Positions 28,101 through 38,559 of a DNA stretch of 64,000 nt are shown here, piece by piece (positions within the stretch are counted from its first letter, which is position 1; each line of letters begins with the position of its first letter). The notes under the pieces are model-generated. The model was not told where the DNA came from, made no database searches, and was given only the letters and a program-made list of their open reading frames with translations. The translations under genes and the position numbers were made by a program. The stretch lies in NCBI GenBank assembly GCA_013298215.1, contig JAAFKE010000004.1, positions 54,014 through 118,013 on the forward strand. The letters are read 5' to 3'. Source of the DNA: Cytophagales bacterium (lineage in GTDB: Bacteria; Bacteroidota; Bacteroidia; Cytophagales; Spirosomataceae).

Positions 28101-29801
28101 ATTAAAATGGCCCAGGGTGCAAAACCAGGCGAGGGCGGGCAGCTACCTGGCTTTAAGGTAGACGACTGGATCGGACGGACGCGCCACTCAACGCCAGGTG
28201 TGGGGCTAATATCGCCCCCGCCCCACCACGACATTTATTCGATCGAGGATTTGGCGCAGTTGATTTTCGACCTTAAAAATGCCAACCGCACGGCGCGTAT
28301 CAGCGTAAAGCTGGTGTCGGAGGCGGGCGTTGGGACAATTGCAGCGGGGGTGGCCAAAGCCCACGCCGACCATATTCTGATTGCGGGCCACGACGGCGGC
28401 ACGGGCGCGTCGCCGCTCAGTTCGATCCGCCACGCGGGGCTCCCGTGGGAACTCGGCCTGGCCGAAACCCACCAAACGCTGGTGCGCAACAAACTCCGTG
28501 GGCGCGTAACGCTCCAAGCCGACGGCCAGATGCGCACTGGCCGAGACCTGGCAATAGCTGCCCTGCTGGGAGCCGAAGAGTTTGGCGTTGCCACGGCTGC
28601 GCTCGTTTCGGTGGGCTGCATTATGATGCGCAAATGCCACCTAAACACCTGCCCCGTGGGCGTGGCCACCCAAAACAAAGAACTCAGAGCCATGTTTACG
28701 GGCAAACCCGAGCACGTCGTGAATATGTTTACTTACATGGCCCAAGAACTGCGCGAGATTATGGCCGAGTTGGGTTTCAAGACAATAAACGAAATGGTGG
28801 GCCAGTCGCAGCTGCTCGAAATGCGCGATGACATAAAGCACTGGAAATACAAGAACGTGGACTTTGCCCCTATTCTGTACAAAGAACCCACCGCACTCGA
28901 CGTGGCACAGTACAAACAAGAGCCCCAAGACCACGGCATGGACGACATACTCGACTGGCAACTGCTCAAAAAAGCCGAGCCTGCCCTCCACCACGGCCAA
29001 GAAATTTACGAAGAATTTAGCATCAATAACCTAAACCGTTCGGTTGGCACGCTGCTGTCGAACGAAATATCGAAGATTTACAACGAACAAGGGCTACCAA
29101 AAGGCACAATCCACTTCAAGTTTAGGGGCACGGCGGGGCAGAGTTTCGGCGCGTTTGCTACCAACGGAATCCGATTGGAATTGGAAGGCGATGCCAACGA
29201 TTATTTCGGAAAAGGACTCTGCGGAGCCGAACTGATTGTGTATCCCGACCGAGAGGCTACTTTCAAGGCCGAGCAAAACATGGTGGTGGGCAACGTTTGT
29301 TTCTACGGGGCCACCTCGGGCGAAGCCTACATCAGGGGGTTGGCGGGCGAACGCTTCTGCGTGCGGAACTCGGGCGCAAAAGTAGTAGTAGAAGGCACTG
29401 GCGACCACGGCCTGGAATACATGACGGGCGGCGTGGCCGTGATTTTGGGCGAAACTGGGCGTAACTTCGCCGCTGGAATGTCGGGCGGAGTAGCTTACGT
29501 GTGGGATCAGCACGGCGACTTCCACGCGAAAGTAAATCCCGAAATGGTCAATTTAGAAACCCTTACGTCCGAAGACCTGGGCATTCTGAAAACATTCGTA
29601 GAAAAACACTTTCAGCACACAACCAGCGCGGTTGCGTTGCAGATTCTACAAAATTGGGACGTGGCCACCAAGCAGTTTGTGAAGGTGATGCCAGCCGACT
29701 TCAAGGCCGCTTTGGCGAGCAGGAACATTAGCCTGGCCGACCAGATTGCCAATAAAAAAATAGTGTACCGCGACATTACGGTGGACGTGTCGGGGAATTG
29801 A
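25191..29801 (+). CDS. gltB: glutamate synthase large subunit
   Basis: 1536 aa. N-terminal Cys in EHDACGIGF (amidotransferase), FMN/Fe-S central domains, and a C-terminal GXGXG beta-helix. Confidence 0.95.
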   Translation: MNVISTTEPTLPGLYRPEFEHDACGIGFTANLKGRKSHKIVQDAIKMLERMDHRGACGCDPNTGDGAGLLIQIPHEFFVDECTKLGFKLPPAGAYGVGMVFFPGDEQVREESRGILNRKIKMLGMELIGYRIVPTQNNTLGEGSLSVEPKMEQVFIRRPVDIAETDGNKDIKFERKLFVLRQYVTRIIREQVKGAFDHFYFSSLSCRTISYKGQLTTNQLRYYFPDLDNEAVVSALGVVHSRFSTNTFPSWKLAQPFRYVAHNGEINTVKGNVNWIRAAEKSFVSEFFTTEEMNMLLPICDLSQSDTANLDNAIELLYLAGRSLPHVMMMLVPEAWDGNEQMEATRKAFYEYHACLMEPWDGPASISFTDGTMVGATLDRNGLRPSRYWVLDDDTVIMASEAGVLDVDQSKVVSKGRLQPGRMFIVDMAQGRIVPDEEIKAEICARQPYGEWLKEHKIKIADLDDPIRPYSHYNDEKLLKRQIAFGFTSEDLRMVLTPMAENGKEALGSMGTDVPLAILSEQSQHLSHYFKQLFAQVTNPPIDSIRERSIMSLLSYVGSNENLLTESAMHCRLAQLEQPVLTVDEFDKLRFIDREHFQAKTINTYFLADGSEQSLERALDRICQYAEDAIEDSFEVVILSDRAIDSDHAPIPSLLATAAVHHHLIRKGLRGKVGILVEAGDVWETHHVATLIGFGASGVCPYMAFETLAQLKRSNMLNVDYDEAKLNKQYVKAVNGELLKIFSKMGISTLQSYQGAQIFECLGINKTVVDKYFTGTISRINGMGLADIAKEVLVRHKVAYPDKPSVQRLEVGGFYQWKWRGEAHIFNPDTIHLLQQASRNENAEKGYATFKKYSKLIDDQTSKALTLRGLMRFKKASSVDISEVEPITEIFKRFATGAMSFGSISWEAHVTLAAAMNRIGGKSNSGEGGEDEMRFKRQPNGDLWNSSIKQVASGRFGVTSYYLTNADELQIKMAQGAKPGEGGQLPGFKVDDWIGRTRHSTPGVGLISPPPHHDIYSIEDLAQLIFDLKNANRTARISVKLVSEAGVGTIAAGVAKAHADHILIAGHDGGTGASPLSSIRHAGLPWELGLAETHQTLVRNKLRGRVTLQADGQMRTGRDLAIAALLGAEEFGVATAALVSVGCIMMRKCHLNTCPVGVATQNKELRAMFTGKPEHVVNMFTYMAQELREIMAELGFKTINEMVGQSQLLEMRDDIKHWKYKNVDFAPILYKEPTALDVAQYKQEPQDHGMDDILDWQLLKKAEPALHHGQEIYEEFSINNLNRSVGTLLSNEISKIYNEQGLPKGTIHFKFRGTAGQSFGAFATNGIRLELEGDANDYFGKGLCGAELIVYPDREATFKAEQNMVVGNVCFYGATSGEAYIRGLAGERFCVRNSGAKVVVEGTGDHGLEYMTGGVAVILGETGRNFAAGMSGGVAYVWDQHGDFHAKVNPEMVNLETLTSEDLGILKTFVEKHFQHTTSAVALQILQNWDVATKQFVKVMPADFKAALASRNISLADQIANKKIVYRDITVDVSGN

Positions 29802-29847
29802 ATAATGTAAAGCTAATTTGATTAATCGCCGATAAAAAATACAGAAA

Positions 29848-31371
29848 ATGGGAAAACCAACGGGTTTTTTAGAGTTCGACCGCGAAATGCCCGCCAAACG
29901 GCCAGTTGCGGAGCGCGTAAACGACTACAAAGAAATTGAGGCCCCCGCCAGTACGGAGCGGTCTCAAAAACAAGCGGCCAGGTGCATGGACTGCGGCACG
30001 CCATTTTGCCACAGTGGCTGCCCGCTGGGCAATATTATTCCCGAGTTTAACGATGCCGTTTACGAGGGAAATTGGGCGTATGCGTACCAGATTTTGGCCT
30101 CGACCAACAACTTTCCCGAGTTCACGGGGCGCATTTGCCCCGCCCCCTGCGAGGCATCGTGCGTGTTGGGAATTAATAAACCGCCCGTGGCCATCGAATT
30201 TATCGAAAAATCGATCATTGAATACGCCTTCCAAAACGGCCTCGTAAAACCCCAAGTACCGAGCAAACGTACCGAGAAAAAAATTGCCGTGGTCGGATCT
30301 GGACCAGCGGGAATGGCAGCGGCGGTGCAGCTCAACAAAGCAGGCCACTGGGTGACGGTCTTTGAACGCGCCGACCAAATCGGTGGGCTGGTGCGCTACG
30401 GTATTCCCGATTTTAAACTCGAAAAATGGACCGTAGATCGGCGCGTGGACGTGATGGAGGCCGAGGGAATTGTGTTCAAAACAAACACCAACATTGGCAA
30501 AGACTTGAAAGTAGCCAGCGTACTCGCCGATTTCGATGCCATCGTGTTGGCAGTTGGATCGACCGAGCCGCGAGCTATTCAGATACCTGGCTGGGACAAG
30601 TACATTGGCAACGGAATATACCCCGCCATGGAGTTTTTGAGCCAGCAAAATAAGCGCGTTAGCAATACCGACCGCACCGCCGACCACCAAGGCGAAGTCT
30701 ATAAAAACGGCGAAATACTGGCCACCGATAAACACGTTTTTGTGATTGGCGGCGGCGATACGGGTTCCGACTGCGTTGGCACGTCGAACCGCCACAAAGC
30801 TGCCACTATTACGCAAGTGGAGGTGATGCCCCGCCCGAAGTTCGACGACAAAACGCAACCGTACTACAAGTTTCGCGACGAGTCGTCGCCGTGGCCCGCT
30901 TGGCCAGTAACAAAACGAACCACAACCTCGCACGAGGAAGGTGCCGACCGCCACTGGTCGGTGGACGTGCAGGCGTTTTTGGGCGACGGCCACAAACTAA
31001 CGGGGCTACAAATTGGCGACATTGCGATGAAATGGGAAGATGGTAAGGTGGTGCGCCACACCGAAAACATCCGCGAGGTACCCTGCGACTTGGCCCTCAT
31101 TGCGGCGGGCTTTGTGCACCCTCAGCAGCAACTCGTAGAGCTGTTTGAACTCGAAACCGACGAGCGTAAAAACATCAAAGCGGTTGATTATCAAACATCG
31201 AACGAAAAAATATTTGCCGCTGGCGACTGCCGACGCGGCCAGTCGTTGGTGGTGTGGGCCATTTCTGAAGGCCGCGAGTGTGCCCGCAAAGTAGATGAGT
31301 TTCTGATGGGCGAGTCGTTGCTCGAAGCCAAAGCGCTGTCGATGATAAACCCCCAATTTGTGGGCGTGTAG
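29848..31371 (+). CDS. gltD: glutamate synthase small subunit (NADPH)
   Basis: Cys clusters CMDCGTPFC and [15 protein letters not shown] folds [12 protein letters not shown] and [11 protein letters not shown]. Confidence 0.95.
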   Translation: MGKPTGFLEFDREMPAKRPVAERVNDYKEIEAPASTERSQKQAARCMDCGTPFCHSGCPLGNIIPEFNDAVYEGNWAYAYQILASTNNFPEFTGRICPAPCEASCVLGINKPPVAIEFIEKSIIEYAFQNGLVKPQVPSKRTEKKIAVVGSGPAGMAAAVQLNKAGHWVTVFERADQIGGLVRYGIPDFKLEKWTVDRRVDVMEAEGIVFKTNTNIGKDLKVASVLADFDAIVLAVGSTEPRAIQIPGWDKYIGNGIYPAMEFLSQQNKRVSNTDRTADHQGEVYKNGEILATDKHVFVIGGGDTGSDCVGTSNRHKAATITQVEVMPRPKFDDKTQPYYKFRDESSPWPAWPVTKRTTTSHEEGADRHWSVDVQAFLGDGHKLTGLQIGDIAMKWEDGKVVRHTENIREVPCDLALIAAGFVHPQQQLVELFELETDERKNIKAVDYQTSNEKIFAAGDCRRGQSLVVWAISEGRECARKVDEFLMGESLLEAKALSMINPQFVGV

Positions 31372-31393
31372 CCAAAACATTTGGATTTTTTAT

Positions 31394-31424
31394 AACGCCA
31401 GGTGAGATGCTCACCTGGCGTTTT
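31394..31424. terminator. hairpin terminator after gltD (shared with the convergent gene)
   Basis: 13-bp stem AACGCCAGGTGAG / CTCACCTGGCGTT with loop ATG, followed by TTTT. Confidence 0.8.
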
Positions 31425-31427
31425 GTA

Positions 31428-34400
31428 TTATTGCTTGGCCTCCTTGGGCATGGCCACCGCAGGCACATTTTTGGCCTTCACGAGGTCGTTAAACTTGGGA
31501 ACTTCGACCGTGAAAAGTGATCTAAGTTTGGCGAGTTGCTCGTCAATTTGCTGGCTAATCTGCGTTTTTACCTGCCCGGCAGCATCAGTTGGTGCAAAAT
31601 CGAACTGGGCCACATCGCTGGCCACCGACGACAATTTGTTGTTGAGCCTAATCGGATAGTTTAGCGGGTCTTGGCCACTTCTGTTTTTGGTTTGGTACAG
31701 TTTCTCTTCGATGTCGGTCATTTTGCCATCGAGTTCTTTGGCGGCTTTTTGCAATTCTTTTTTGTCTTCGTCGCCCTCAACCCGCTCCACGGCAGCGTTC
31801 AATGCCTTTCGGATGTTGCGAATCTGCTTGATTGCATCGTGGGTTTCGGTCAATTTGTCGCGTGCACTGGTCAAGAAATCGAACTGCTTCTGGTAATCAG
31901 CGGCGGTAGTTTTGGCCAGCGGATTCCCCAATATCTCAAACGGCACTTCCTGGCTCCTACCGTTCGCAGTCATTTTGGCGCGGTACTGACCTGGCTTGGC
32001 AACTGGCCCAGCCGTGCCTCCGCTCCACAAAATTAGCCCGTCAAAAGTACTCGCGTCGGCGTAGCGCATATTCCAAACAAACCTATTTAAACCCTGTTTC
32101 AGTACCAGTCGGTCTTCCTTTTTGTCGGCCTTAGTGCTGTACTTTTTAATGAGTTTGCCATCGCTCTCTAAGATTTCGAGCGATGCAACGAGGCTGCTGT
32201 CGAGCTTGTTTTTGAGGTTGTAATAGAGCATAACGCCCCCAGGGTGGTTTTTGCCCATGTTTTTGGGGGCGGGCGTTGCGTCTGGCAGCGTGCGGCCGTA
32301 GCGATAGGCGGGCAGTGGCTTGTACAAATAAAAGTCGGCAGTGGCCACGCCACCATCCAACTGGTGCAACGGCGACAGGTCGTCGATCATCCATAAACTG
32401 CGGCCTTGCGTGGCCGCAATCAGGTTGTTTTCTTTTATGACCAAGTCAGTGATTGGAGTCAGGGGCAAATTCATTTGGAAAGGTTGCCAGTTTGCCCCCT
32501 CGTCAAACGACACGTACATCCCGTATTCAGTACCCGCGTACAAAAGCCCCGCCCGCTTGGGGTCGGCTCTGACAACGCGCGTAAAATGATTATCGGCAAT
32601 GCCGTTGGTTATTTTCGTCCAAGTTTTTCCATAATTATCCGTTTTGTAGAGGTACGGTCTAAAATCGCCCGATTTATAGGCGGTGGCCGCCACGTACAAG
32701 CTCCCCTTCGCAACTGGATGCTCCTCCATGCTATTTATCATCATCCAATCGGGCATTAATTCGGCGGGCGGGGTTACGTTTCCCCAATTTTCACCCCCGT
32801 CTTTCGATACGTGAATCCGTCCGTCGTCCGAACCAGTCCAGAGCAAATCTTTTTCGTAGCGAGACTCCAACGCGGCAAAAATCGTTCCGTAATACTCCAC
32901 CGACGTGTTGTCTTTGGTGATGGGCCCACCCGACGAACCCATTTTGGTTGGGTCGTTGCGGGTCAAGTCTGGCGAGATCGTAGCCCAGCTCTGGCCTTCG
33001 GTGGTGGTGGCGTGCAGGTGGTTAGAAGCGGCGTAGAGTTTTTTGGGATCGTGGGGCGAGAAAAATATGGGGAAGTTCCACTGAAAACGGTACTTGTAGT
33101 CCTCCGCGCCGTGCCCCATCGGGTTGTCGGGCCAAACGTTAATGTCCCTTTCAATGCCCGTCGAATGATCGGTGCGGGTGAGAAAACCGTCATAACTTCC
33201 ACCGTAAACGATGTCATTGTTGAGTGGATCGACGGCAATGTGGCCACTTTCGCCGCCCGCCGTGGGTTCCCAGTCTTTTTCGGTTATGCCTGCGCCGTTG
33301 GTTCGGTGGCGGGTTCGCACCGTTGAGTTGTCTTGCTGGGCCGCGTATATGCGGTACGGAAAGGCATTGTCGGTCGTTACTCGGTAAAACTGCGCCGTGG
33401 GCTGGTTCATGTACGTACTCCAACTTTGCCCCGCGTCGGTCGAAATTTGCGCGCCACCGTCGTCGGCAATGGCCATGCGGTTGGGTTCTTCTGGGTTTAT
33501 CCACAGGTCGTGGTGGTCGCCGTGGGGCGTGGCGGGCATGGTTTCAAAAGTTTTGCCGCCATCTTTCGAGCGGAGGAAGTTCACGTTCACGCAGTAGAGC
33601 ACATCTACGTTTTTTGGGTCGGCATAAATACGCGAATAATACCAAGCCCGCTGGCGTAGCGCACGGTCATCATTTATCTTCGTCCAGGTTTTCCCAGCAT
33701 TGTCCGATCGAAATACGCCCCCGTTTTCGTTCTCGATAATTGCCCAAACCCGTTCCGAATTTAGGGGCGACACCGCCACCCCCGCAATGCCCCACACCCC
33801 GCGCGGTAAGCCGTCGTTGGCCGAAATATTCGTCCAATTGTCACCTCCGTCGGTACTTTTCCAAATGGCAGAACCCTCGCCGCCACTTTCCATGCTGTGT
33901 GGTTGGCGGCGCACGCGCCAGGTAGTGGCGTATATAATGCGCGGATTGTTGGGGTCTAAAAGCAGGTCGCAGCCGCCCGCATCGGCGTTGGCAAAGAGTA
34001 CGCGCTCCCAGGTTTTTCCGCCGTCTTTGGTGCGATAAATCCCCCGTTCGTCGTTTGACTTGTATAAATTTCCCATCACTGCCACATAAACAACGTCAGG
34101 GTCTTTGGGATGAACCCGCACACGCGCAATGTGGAAACTGTTTTTAAGACCCGCCGACACCCAAGTTTTGCCCGCGTCGGTGCTTTTCCACATTCCCAAG
34201 CCCGACGACACATTGCCACGCACGGTGTTTTCGCCCTCGCCCACGTAGAGCACGTTGGGATCAGACTCGGCCACGGCCACTGCCCCGATTGACCCGCCAA
34301 AGAAACCATCCGAAACATTTGACCAATTTGTACCAGAATCGACAGTTTTCCAGACCCCGCCGCCCGTTGTGGCCATGTAGAAAACGGTCGGGCTGCCCAC

Positions 34401-34622
34401 CACGCCCGTCACCGAACCCGAACGCCCACCCCGAAACGGGCCGATGCTCCGCCACTCCAAACCTTCGTACAAAGATTTGTCGTAGAGCGGCGCGGCAGAT
34501 TTTGCGGCCAGATTAGCGGGCGGGGCTTGTTTGTTTTTCTTGGTTTGCGCCTGGCCAAAATGACCCAGCAGCGCGAACGCTAAAAGTATTACAACAGACT
34601 TGTTGTTAGAGCAAAGCGACAT
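31428..34622 (-). CDS. secreted BNR/Asp-box repeat protein, sortilin/VPS10-like double beta-propeller
   Basis: Many S-x-D-x-G-x-T-W boxes (KTVDSGTNW, KSTDAGKTW, RTKDGGKTW, KSTDGGDNW, RSDNAGKTW, RSKDGGKTF, VSKDGGENW, KTDNYGKTW). I use the ATG at 34622, which gives a signal peptide. Confidence 0.75.
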   Translation of the reverse strand: MSLCSNNKSVVILLAFALLGHFGQAQTKKNKQAPPANLAAKSAAPLYDKSLYEGLEWRSIGPFRGGRSGSVTGVVGSPTVFYMATTGGGVWKTVDSGTNWSNVSDGFFGGSIGAVAVAESDPNVLYVGEGENTVRGNVSSGLGMWKSTDAGKTWVSAGLKNSFHIARVRVHPKDPDVVYVAVMGNLYKSNDERGIYRTKDGGKTWERVLFANADAGGCDLLLDPNNPRIIYATTWRVRRQPHSMESGGEGSAIWKSTDGGDNWTNISANDGLPRGVWGIAGVAVSPLNSERVWAIIENENGGVFRSDNAGKTWTKINDDRALRQRAWYYSRIYADPKNVDVLYCVNVNFLRSKDGGKTFETMPATPHGDHHDLWINPEEPNRMAIADDGGAQISTDAGQSWSTYMNQPTAQFYRVTTDNAFPYRIYAAQQDNSTVRTRHRTNGAGITEKDWEPTAGGESGHIAVDPLNNDIVYGGSYDGFLTRTDHSTGIERDINVWPDNPMGHGAEDYKYRFQWNFPIFFSPHDPKKLYAASNHLHATTTEGQSWATISPDLTRNDPTKMGSSGGPITKDNTSVEYYGTIFAALESRYEKDLLWTGSDDGRIHVSKDGGENWGNVTPPAELMPDWMMINSMEEHPVAKGSLYVAATAYKSGDFRPYLYKTDNYGKTWTKITNGIADNHFTRVVRADPKRAGLLYAGTEYGMYVSFDEGANWQPFQMNLPLTPITDLVIKENNLIAATQGRSLWMIDDLSPLHQLDGGVATADFYLYKPLPAYRYGRTLPDATPAPKNMGKNHPGGVMLYYNLKNKLDSSLVASLEILESDGKLIKKYSTKADKKEDRLVLKQGLNRFVWNMRYADASTFDGLILWSGGTAGPVAKPGQYRAKMTANGRSQEVPFEILGNPLAKTTAADYQKQFDFLTSARDKLTETHDAIKQIRNIRKALNAAVERVEGDEDKKELQKAAKELDGKMTDIEEKLYQTKNRSGQDPLNYPIRLNNKLSSVASDVAQFDFAPTDAAGQVKTQISQQIDEQLAKLRSLFTVEVPKFNDLVKAKNVPAVAMPKEAKQ

Positions 34623-34753
34623 AAAAGTGAAAGCTGATTGGTGTACAATAAAACAACTCAAATATAAAGAATTTTGGGTTGATTTTATACCCAACTTGGG
34701 GTTTTGGTGGGCACTTTTGGCCTTAATCGGTTGTAAAACCCCAATCTAAGTTG

Positions 34754-37390
34754 CTAAAATGAAAACCGTACCCGCTGAATTATTTGCAGGGGGCGTAGTT
34801 GGTAAGTCGATTCTACGTAATAGAACGAATTGACCGATGCCGTCACCAAACGGTCGGTGTTCCACAGATTATTACAAACAGTTTCAAAGTCTATCCTGTG
34901 TTTTGGCAGGGTGTAGCGCAGCACCACATCGCTAAAAATGGCTTGGCTGCTTTGCTCGGTTAAACGATTGACGTAAAACTCGTTTTTAAAACCCAAATAG
35001 AAATTTTTGGAGGGATAAACGCCCACGTTTAGCTGGTGGGTTTGTTGCGAAGAAGGCGCGTTGGTGCGATCGTTGATGGCATTCTCAAAACTCATTTTTT
35101 TGTATCGGTATTCCCAGTCAAGCCAGTGGCTTATTTTGCCGCTCAAACGCCATCCGTACACAACACTTTTTGTTTTTATTGCCACTTTTATGCCGTTCAG
35201 CAGTTGTGGATTGTCCGAAAGCGTCAGTTCATAATCAAGGTTTATACTGGTTTTTAGTGCCTGAAAATACTTCCCCACATTTGCCATCAGCATATCAGAA
35301 TGGGTGGTGTTGGCCGAGGCCAGCGCAAAACTTTCGGTCGTGCCGTTGGCGTTGAGGCGGGTGTCGTAAAGTAGGTTGTTTTTGGTTTGACTTTTGGCGT
35401 AAAACACGTACCCAAACATCGAAATTACTGGGTTTTGGTAGCTGAGGTTTAGCGTTTGTTCGGTGGCAACGTTGTTGGGCAGCGGCGCATTTCGTCGTTC
35501 TAAAGTACGGAAATTTCTGAGCAGATACCCGTAAAAAAGCTGGTCTATTCCACCAAAAGTATTGTGGCGGTGCAGCCCCCCCGAAAGTTTCAAAACGGGA
35601 TTAAACTCGTAGCTTACCTCAAGCCGGGGCTCAAAAGTGAGTTGTTGCAGGTTTTCTTCCCGTTGGAGTGGAGCGTCCTGAACCTTAAAGTCGTAAAAAT
35701 GAACGGGCGTTTGCAGCATAACTCGCCATTTTTGGTTTTGGTATTGCGTTTGCCATTTCACGTAATAATGTATTTTTTGCCAACTCAGATTGTTTTCAAA
35801 CTCGCCGCCCACGCGCTCTTTGGTGAGATTGCGCCCAATTTGGCTCTGCAAACGCTGGTGCTCGGTCTGGAAACCTATTTGCGGCATGATCGAAAATCCA
35901 CGCCCCATCTCTTTGTTCAAACTCACCATTTGGTGCGTAAAAAAACCGCGCAACGCCACCTGCTGCTCCAACGCGTCGAAAGTTCGCCCACCGTTGAACA
36001 CCCCAACAAACGGCCCAGGCGTAACTACCAAAGATTGAGGCGTAGATTGCAAACTCACAAACGACTGAAATGTGAGCAGCTGCCGCTTGATCTTAAAAAT
36101 ATCTTTGAGGTGATTTGAAAAAAGATAAAAAGGACTGCGTTGTCGCTGATCTACGGGTTGGTTGTTCAACAACAACGCCCCCATTTGGCTGTCCCATTGC
36201 CCTTTGAGCAACGTCTGGTTGGTAAAATACTTGGTGGGAGTATTTTTTTCTACGGTAATGGTCGCATCTAACGCACTAAAAAAAAGTCGATTCCGCTTTT
36301 GCTCCTCAAAAAGCACCGTGTCGGTGGGCGTATAATTCACGGTGCGGGTGTTGCCCGTTTGTTGTTGGCCGTCGTTCAAAAAATTTACGTTGGCGCGCAT
36401 TTCGTAGTTTTTGGGGAGTTTTTTCAAAAAATTAACCGTTGCCAAATGAACGTTATTTTGAAGCCAGCGCGTGTCCGAAAAATTGGGCGGGGCCAGCGGC
36501 ACCACTCCCACCCAAGATTTTTTGCTTTCGTTTTTCTCGAACCCATTAAGCACGTCTTCAATGGTCAATATTTTGACCTGTTGGGCCGCATTTTGGCCAA
36601 TGTTGTTTGCCTGATAGGAGGCAATCATCTGCTCGGTTTTGCTAAAAAACATCGGCGACACATTCGCGTCCCACAGCAAGGGGGCAGCCCCAACTCCCAG
36701 GCGAGCGGTGCCAGTGGCCGTAATTTTGTTTTTGAGGCGAATGTTGAGCGCGGCATTTTCGGAAAACACCAGGCTGTCTAATATCCTGATGGGTTGGTGC
36801 CTTTCGATAATTTCGACCTGCGACACCGACTCGGCGGGTAGGTTTTCGTTGGCCAAGCTGTAGCGCCCACTGAGCAAGTCGAGCCCTTCGATGTAGTATT
36901 TATTGATGGGCTTGCCTTGGTACAAAATCGTACCATTGGGATGCATCTCAATGCCTGGCAACCGCCTAATTACGTCGCCAATGGCGCGGTCAGATTGGTT
37001 TTTGAACGCATTGACCGAGTACGTGAGCGTGTCGCCGATGCGAAGAATAGGTTTTTGCTTGATAACTACCTCTTTGAGCGCTATTTCCTGCACATCGACG
37101 CTGAAATTGATCTCCTGCGACTTGTTGGCCACCGTGCGTTGCTGCGCAGCATAACCAAGGCCATATACTTTGAGCACGAGCGAGTCTGCATTAGAAGGAA
37201 TAGCGATGGTATATTTTCCGCTTTTGTCGGTAATGGCAAAGGCCAAAATGGCCGTCGATTTCGGCAAGTATAAAGTAATGTTTGCTTTGGCAACGGCCGT
37301 ATTTTGGGCATCGGTTACTTTGCCCGTAAATATCGACTGGCCAAAAGCGCAGCAAGACCATAACCACAAACAGCTCCACCAGTACCTCAT
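34754..37390 (-). CDS. outer-membrane TonB-dependent-receptor-like protein with CarboxypepD_reg N-terminal domain
   Basis: FTGKVTD...ANITLY...ITDKSGKYTI (carboxypeptidase-regulatory-like fold), plug-like IGDVIRRLPGIE...ILYQGKPINKYYIEGLDLL, a long beta-barrel and a terminal aromatic residue. I use the ATG at 37390. Confidence 0.7.
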   Translation of the reverse strand: MRYWWSCLWLWSCCAFGQSIFTGKVTDAQNTAVAKANITLYLPKSTAILAFAITDKSGKYTIAIPSNADSLVLKVYGLGYAAQQRTVANKSQEINFSVDVQEIALKEVVIKQKPILRIGDTLTYSVNAFKNQSDRAIGDVIRRLPGIEMHPNGTILYQGKPINKYYIEGLDLLSGRYSLANENLPAESVSQVEIIERHQPIRILDSLVFSENAALNIRLKNKITATGTARLGVGAAPLLWDANVSPMFFSKTEQMIASYQANNIGQNAAQQVKILTIEDVLNGFEKNESKKSWVGVVPLAPPNFSDTRWLQNNVHLATVNFLKKLPKNYEMRANVNFLNDGQQQTGNTRTVNYTPTDTVLFEEQKRNRLFFSALDATITVEKNTPTKYFTNQTLLKGQWDSQMGALLLNNQPVDQRQRSPFYLFSNHLKDIFKIKRQLLTFQSFVSLQSTPQSLVVTPGPFVGVFNGGRTFDALEQQVALRGFFTHQMVSLNKEMGRGFSIMPQIGFQTEHQRLQSQIGRNLTKERVGGEFENNLSWQKIHYYVKWQTQYQNQKWRVMLQTPVHFYDFKVQDAPLQREENLQQLTFEPRLEVSYEFNPVLKLSGGLHRHNTFGGIDQLFYGYLLRNFRTLERRNAPLPNNVATEQTLNLSYQNPVISMFGYVFYAKSQTKNNLLYDTRLNANGTTESFALASANTTHSDMLMANVGKYFQALKTSINLDYELTLSDNPQLLNGIKVAIKTKSVVYGWRLSGKISHWLDWEYRYKKMSFENAINDRTNAPSSQQTHQLNVGVYPSKNFYLGFKNEFYVNRLTEQSSQAIFSDVVLRYTLPKHRIDFETVCNNLWNTDRLVTASVNSFYYVESTYQLRPLQIIQRVRFSF

Positions 37391-37500
37391 ACAAGTTACA
37401 ATTATTTCATAGCAAAGACGAATTTTTAACTTCAAAATACTACTAATCAGTGAGTTATAAATTCACAATTCATCATTTATAATTCACAACTTCCTTATTC

Positions 37501-38337
37501 TCAATTCTTCTCAATTGGATTGAGTTTTATCATTTTTTTAACCCCCCTTTCAAACTCTTGAGCTGTTATTTGGGTACCATCTACACTAAAACTAATATTA
37601 TCATCCATCGATGAACTTTGAAACATAGAGTCTTCAAAACGTTTTTTTAAGAGATTGAACTGCTTCCTTGATGTTTTCGTGGTGAAGTTTTTAGCGTCTA
37701 CAAACATGGGTTTTTGAACTTTTAACTTACGAAATTCCACCAACATAAAATTGTAGTGTTTTTTTGAATCATAAATTTGTATAATCATACCTGGCAACCC
37801 ACCAAACTTGTAGGGGCCATCTTGAATAGGAATACTTGGAGCAAACCAAGCGGTGTAGTTCCTTCCAAATAAATAAGTAGTCGCTTTCTGACATTTATAG
37901 CCACCCACAGTGCTTGTATCTGGTAGAATTTTCCATTTCAAAATTTTGTAACTTTCCTCGTAAACGTAGGTAGTTTTTGTAAGTGCCTCATGGTAGGCTA
38001 TTTTTTGCGATTGCTCATTTTTCAGAATCTTGTATTCAAATATAGAACGCGGAGCATTCAAGGCAATTGCCATCTTCTCTCCCGCCGATAAATTCCAAAC
38101 ATTTTTGACCCGGTACAACGAATCTTTTTGATACTCGGCCAACGACATAAAAACAGAGATCGAATCGCCTATTTGCAGTGTAAAATTTTCGGATTCCTTC
38201 AAAGTCAAATTGGTCGTATCTTGCTTGTGAGTTAGCTCATACAGACATTGGTAGCGCGCTTTGTCAATCTGGGCGTACCTTTGGCCATAAACCAAGGTTG
38301 AAAACAAAGCCAAAAAAGTAAATAATTTAGTATTCAT
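37501..38337 (-). CDS. GLPGLI family protein
   Basis: Signature KFGGLPGMIIQI, a signal peptide (MNTKLFTFLALFSTLVYGQ), and the expected position directly upstream of a CarboxypepD_reg/TonB-like OMP gene. The gene is visibly AT-rich. Confidence 0.75.
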   Translation of the reverse strand: MNTKLFTFLALFSTLVYGQRYAQIDKARYQCLYELTHKQDTTNLTLKESENFTLQIGDSISVFMSLAEYQKDSLYRVKNVWNLSAGEKMAIALNAPRSIFEYKILKNEQSQKIAYHEALTKTTYVYEESYKILKWKILPDTSTVGGYKCQKATTYLFGRNYTAWFAPSIPIQDGPYKFGGLPGMIIQIYDSKKHYNFMLVEFRKLKVQKPMFVDAKNFTTKTSRKQFNLLKKRFEDSMFQSSSMDDNISFSVDGTQITAQEFERGVKKMIKLNPIEKN

Positions 38338-38559
38338 ATAATTGCTTGTTTTTGGGTTAAATAACAACTAAAAATTAAGCGGTTCGCCGCCGTGATGGAT
38401 GGATTTCATCGTACTGAACACAACAACTACAAGTCGGTGAAGTATCTCACAGCCAGAGTCTTACGGCAGACTTCTCACTATCGCTCGAAAAGACAAAATA
38501 CGTATTTCATTTCGTTGGTATCAATTCCCCAATATAGTATTTTTTTTAACACGCAACAT

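Noticed and set aside
29869-30993. 374-codon ORF antisense to gltD. Similar long antisense or off-frame ORFs occur at 25221..25910, 3051..3662, 38956..39774, 48349..49020, 23070..23927, 11695..12315 and 17035..17601.
   Set aside because: Each lies entirely inside a confidently identified gene. Their products are Arg/Gly/Ala/Val/His-rich with no recognisable motifs, as expected for shadow frames of moderately GC-rich coding DNA.
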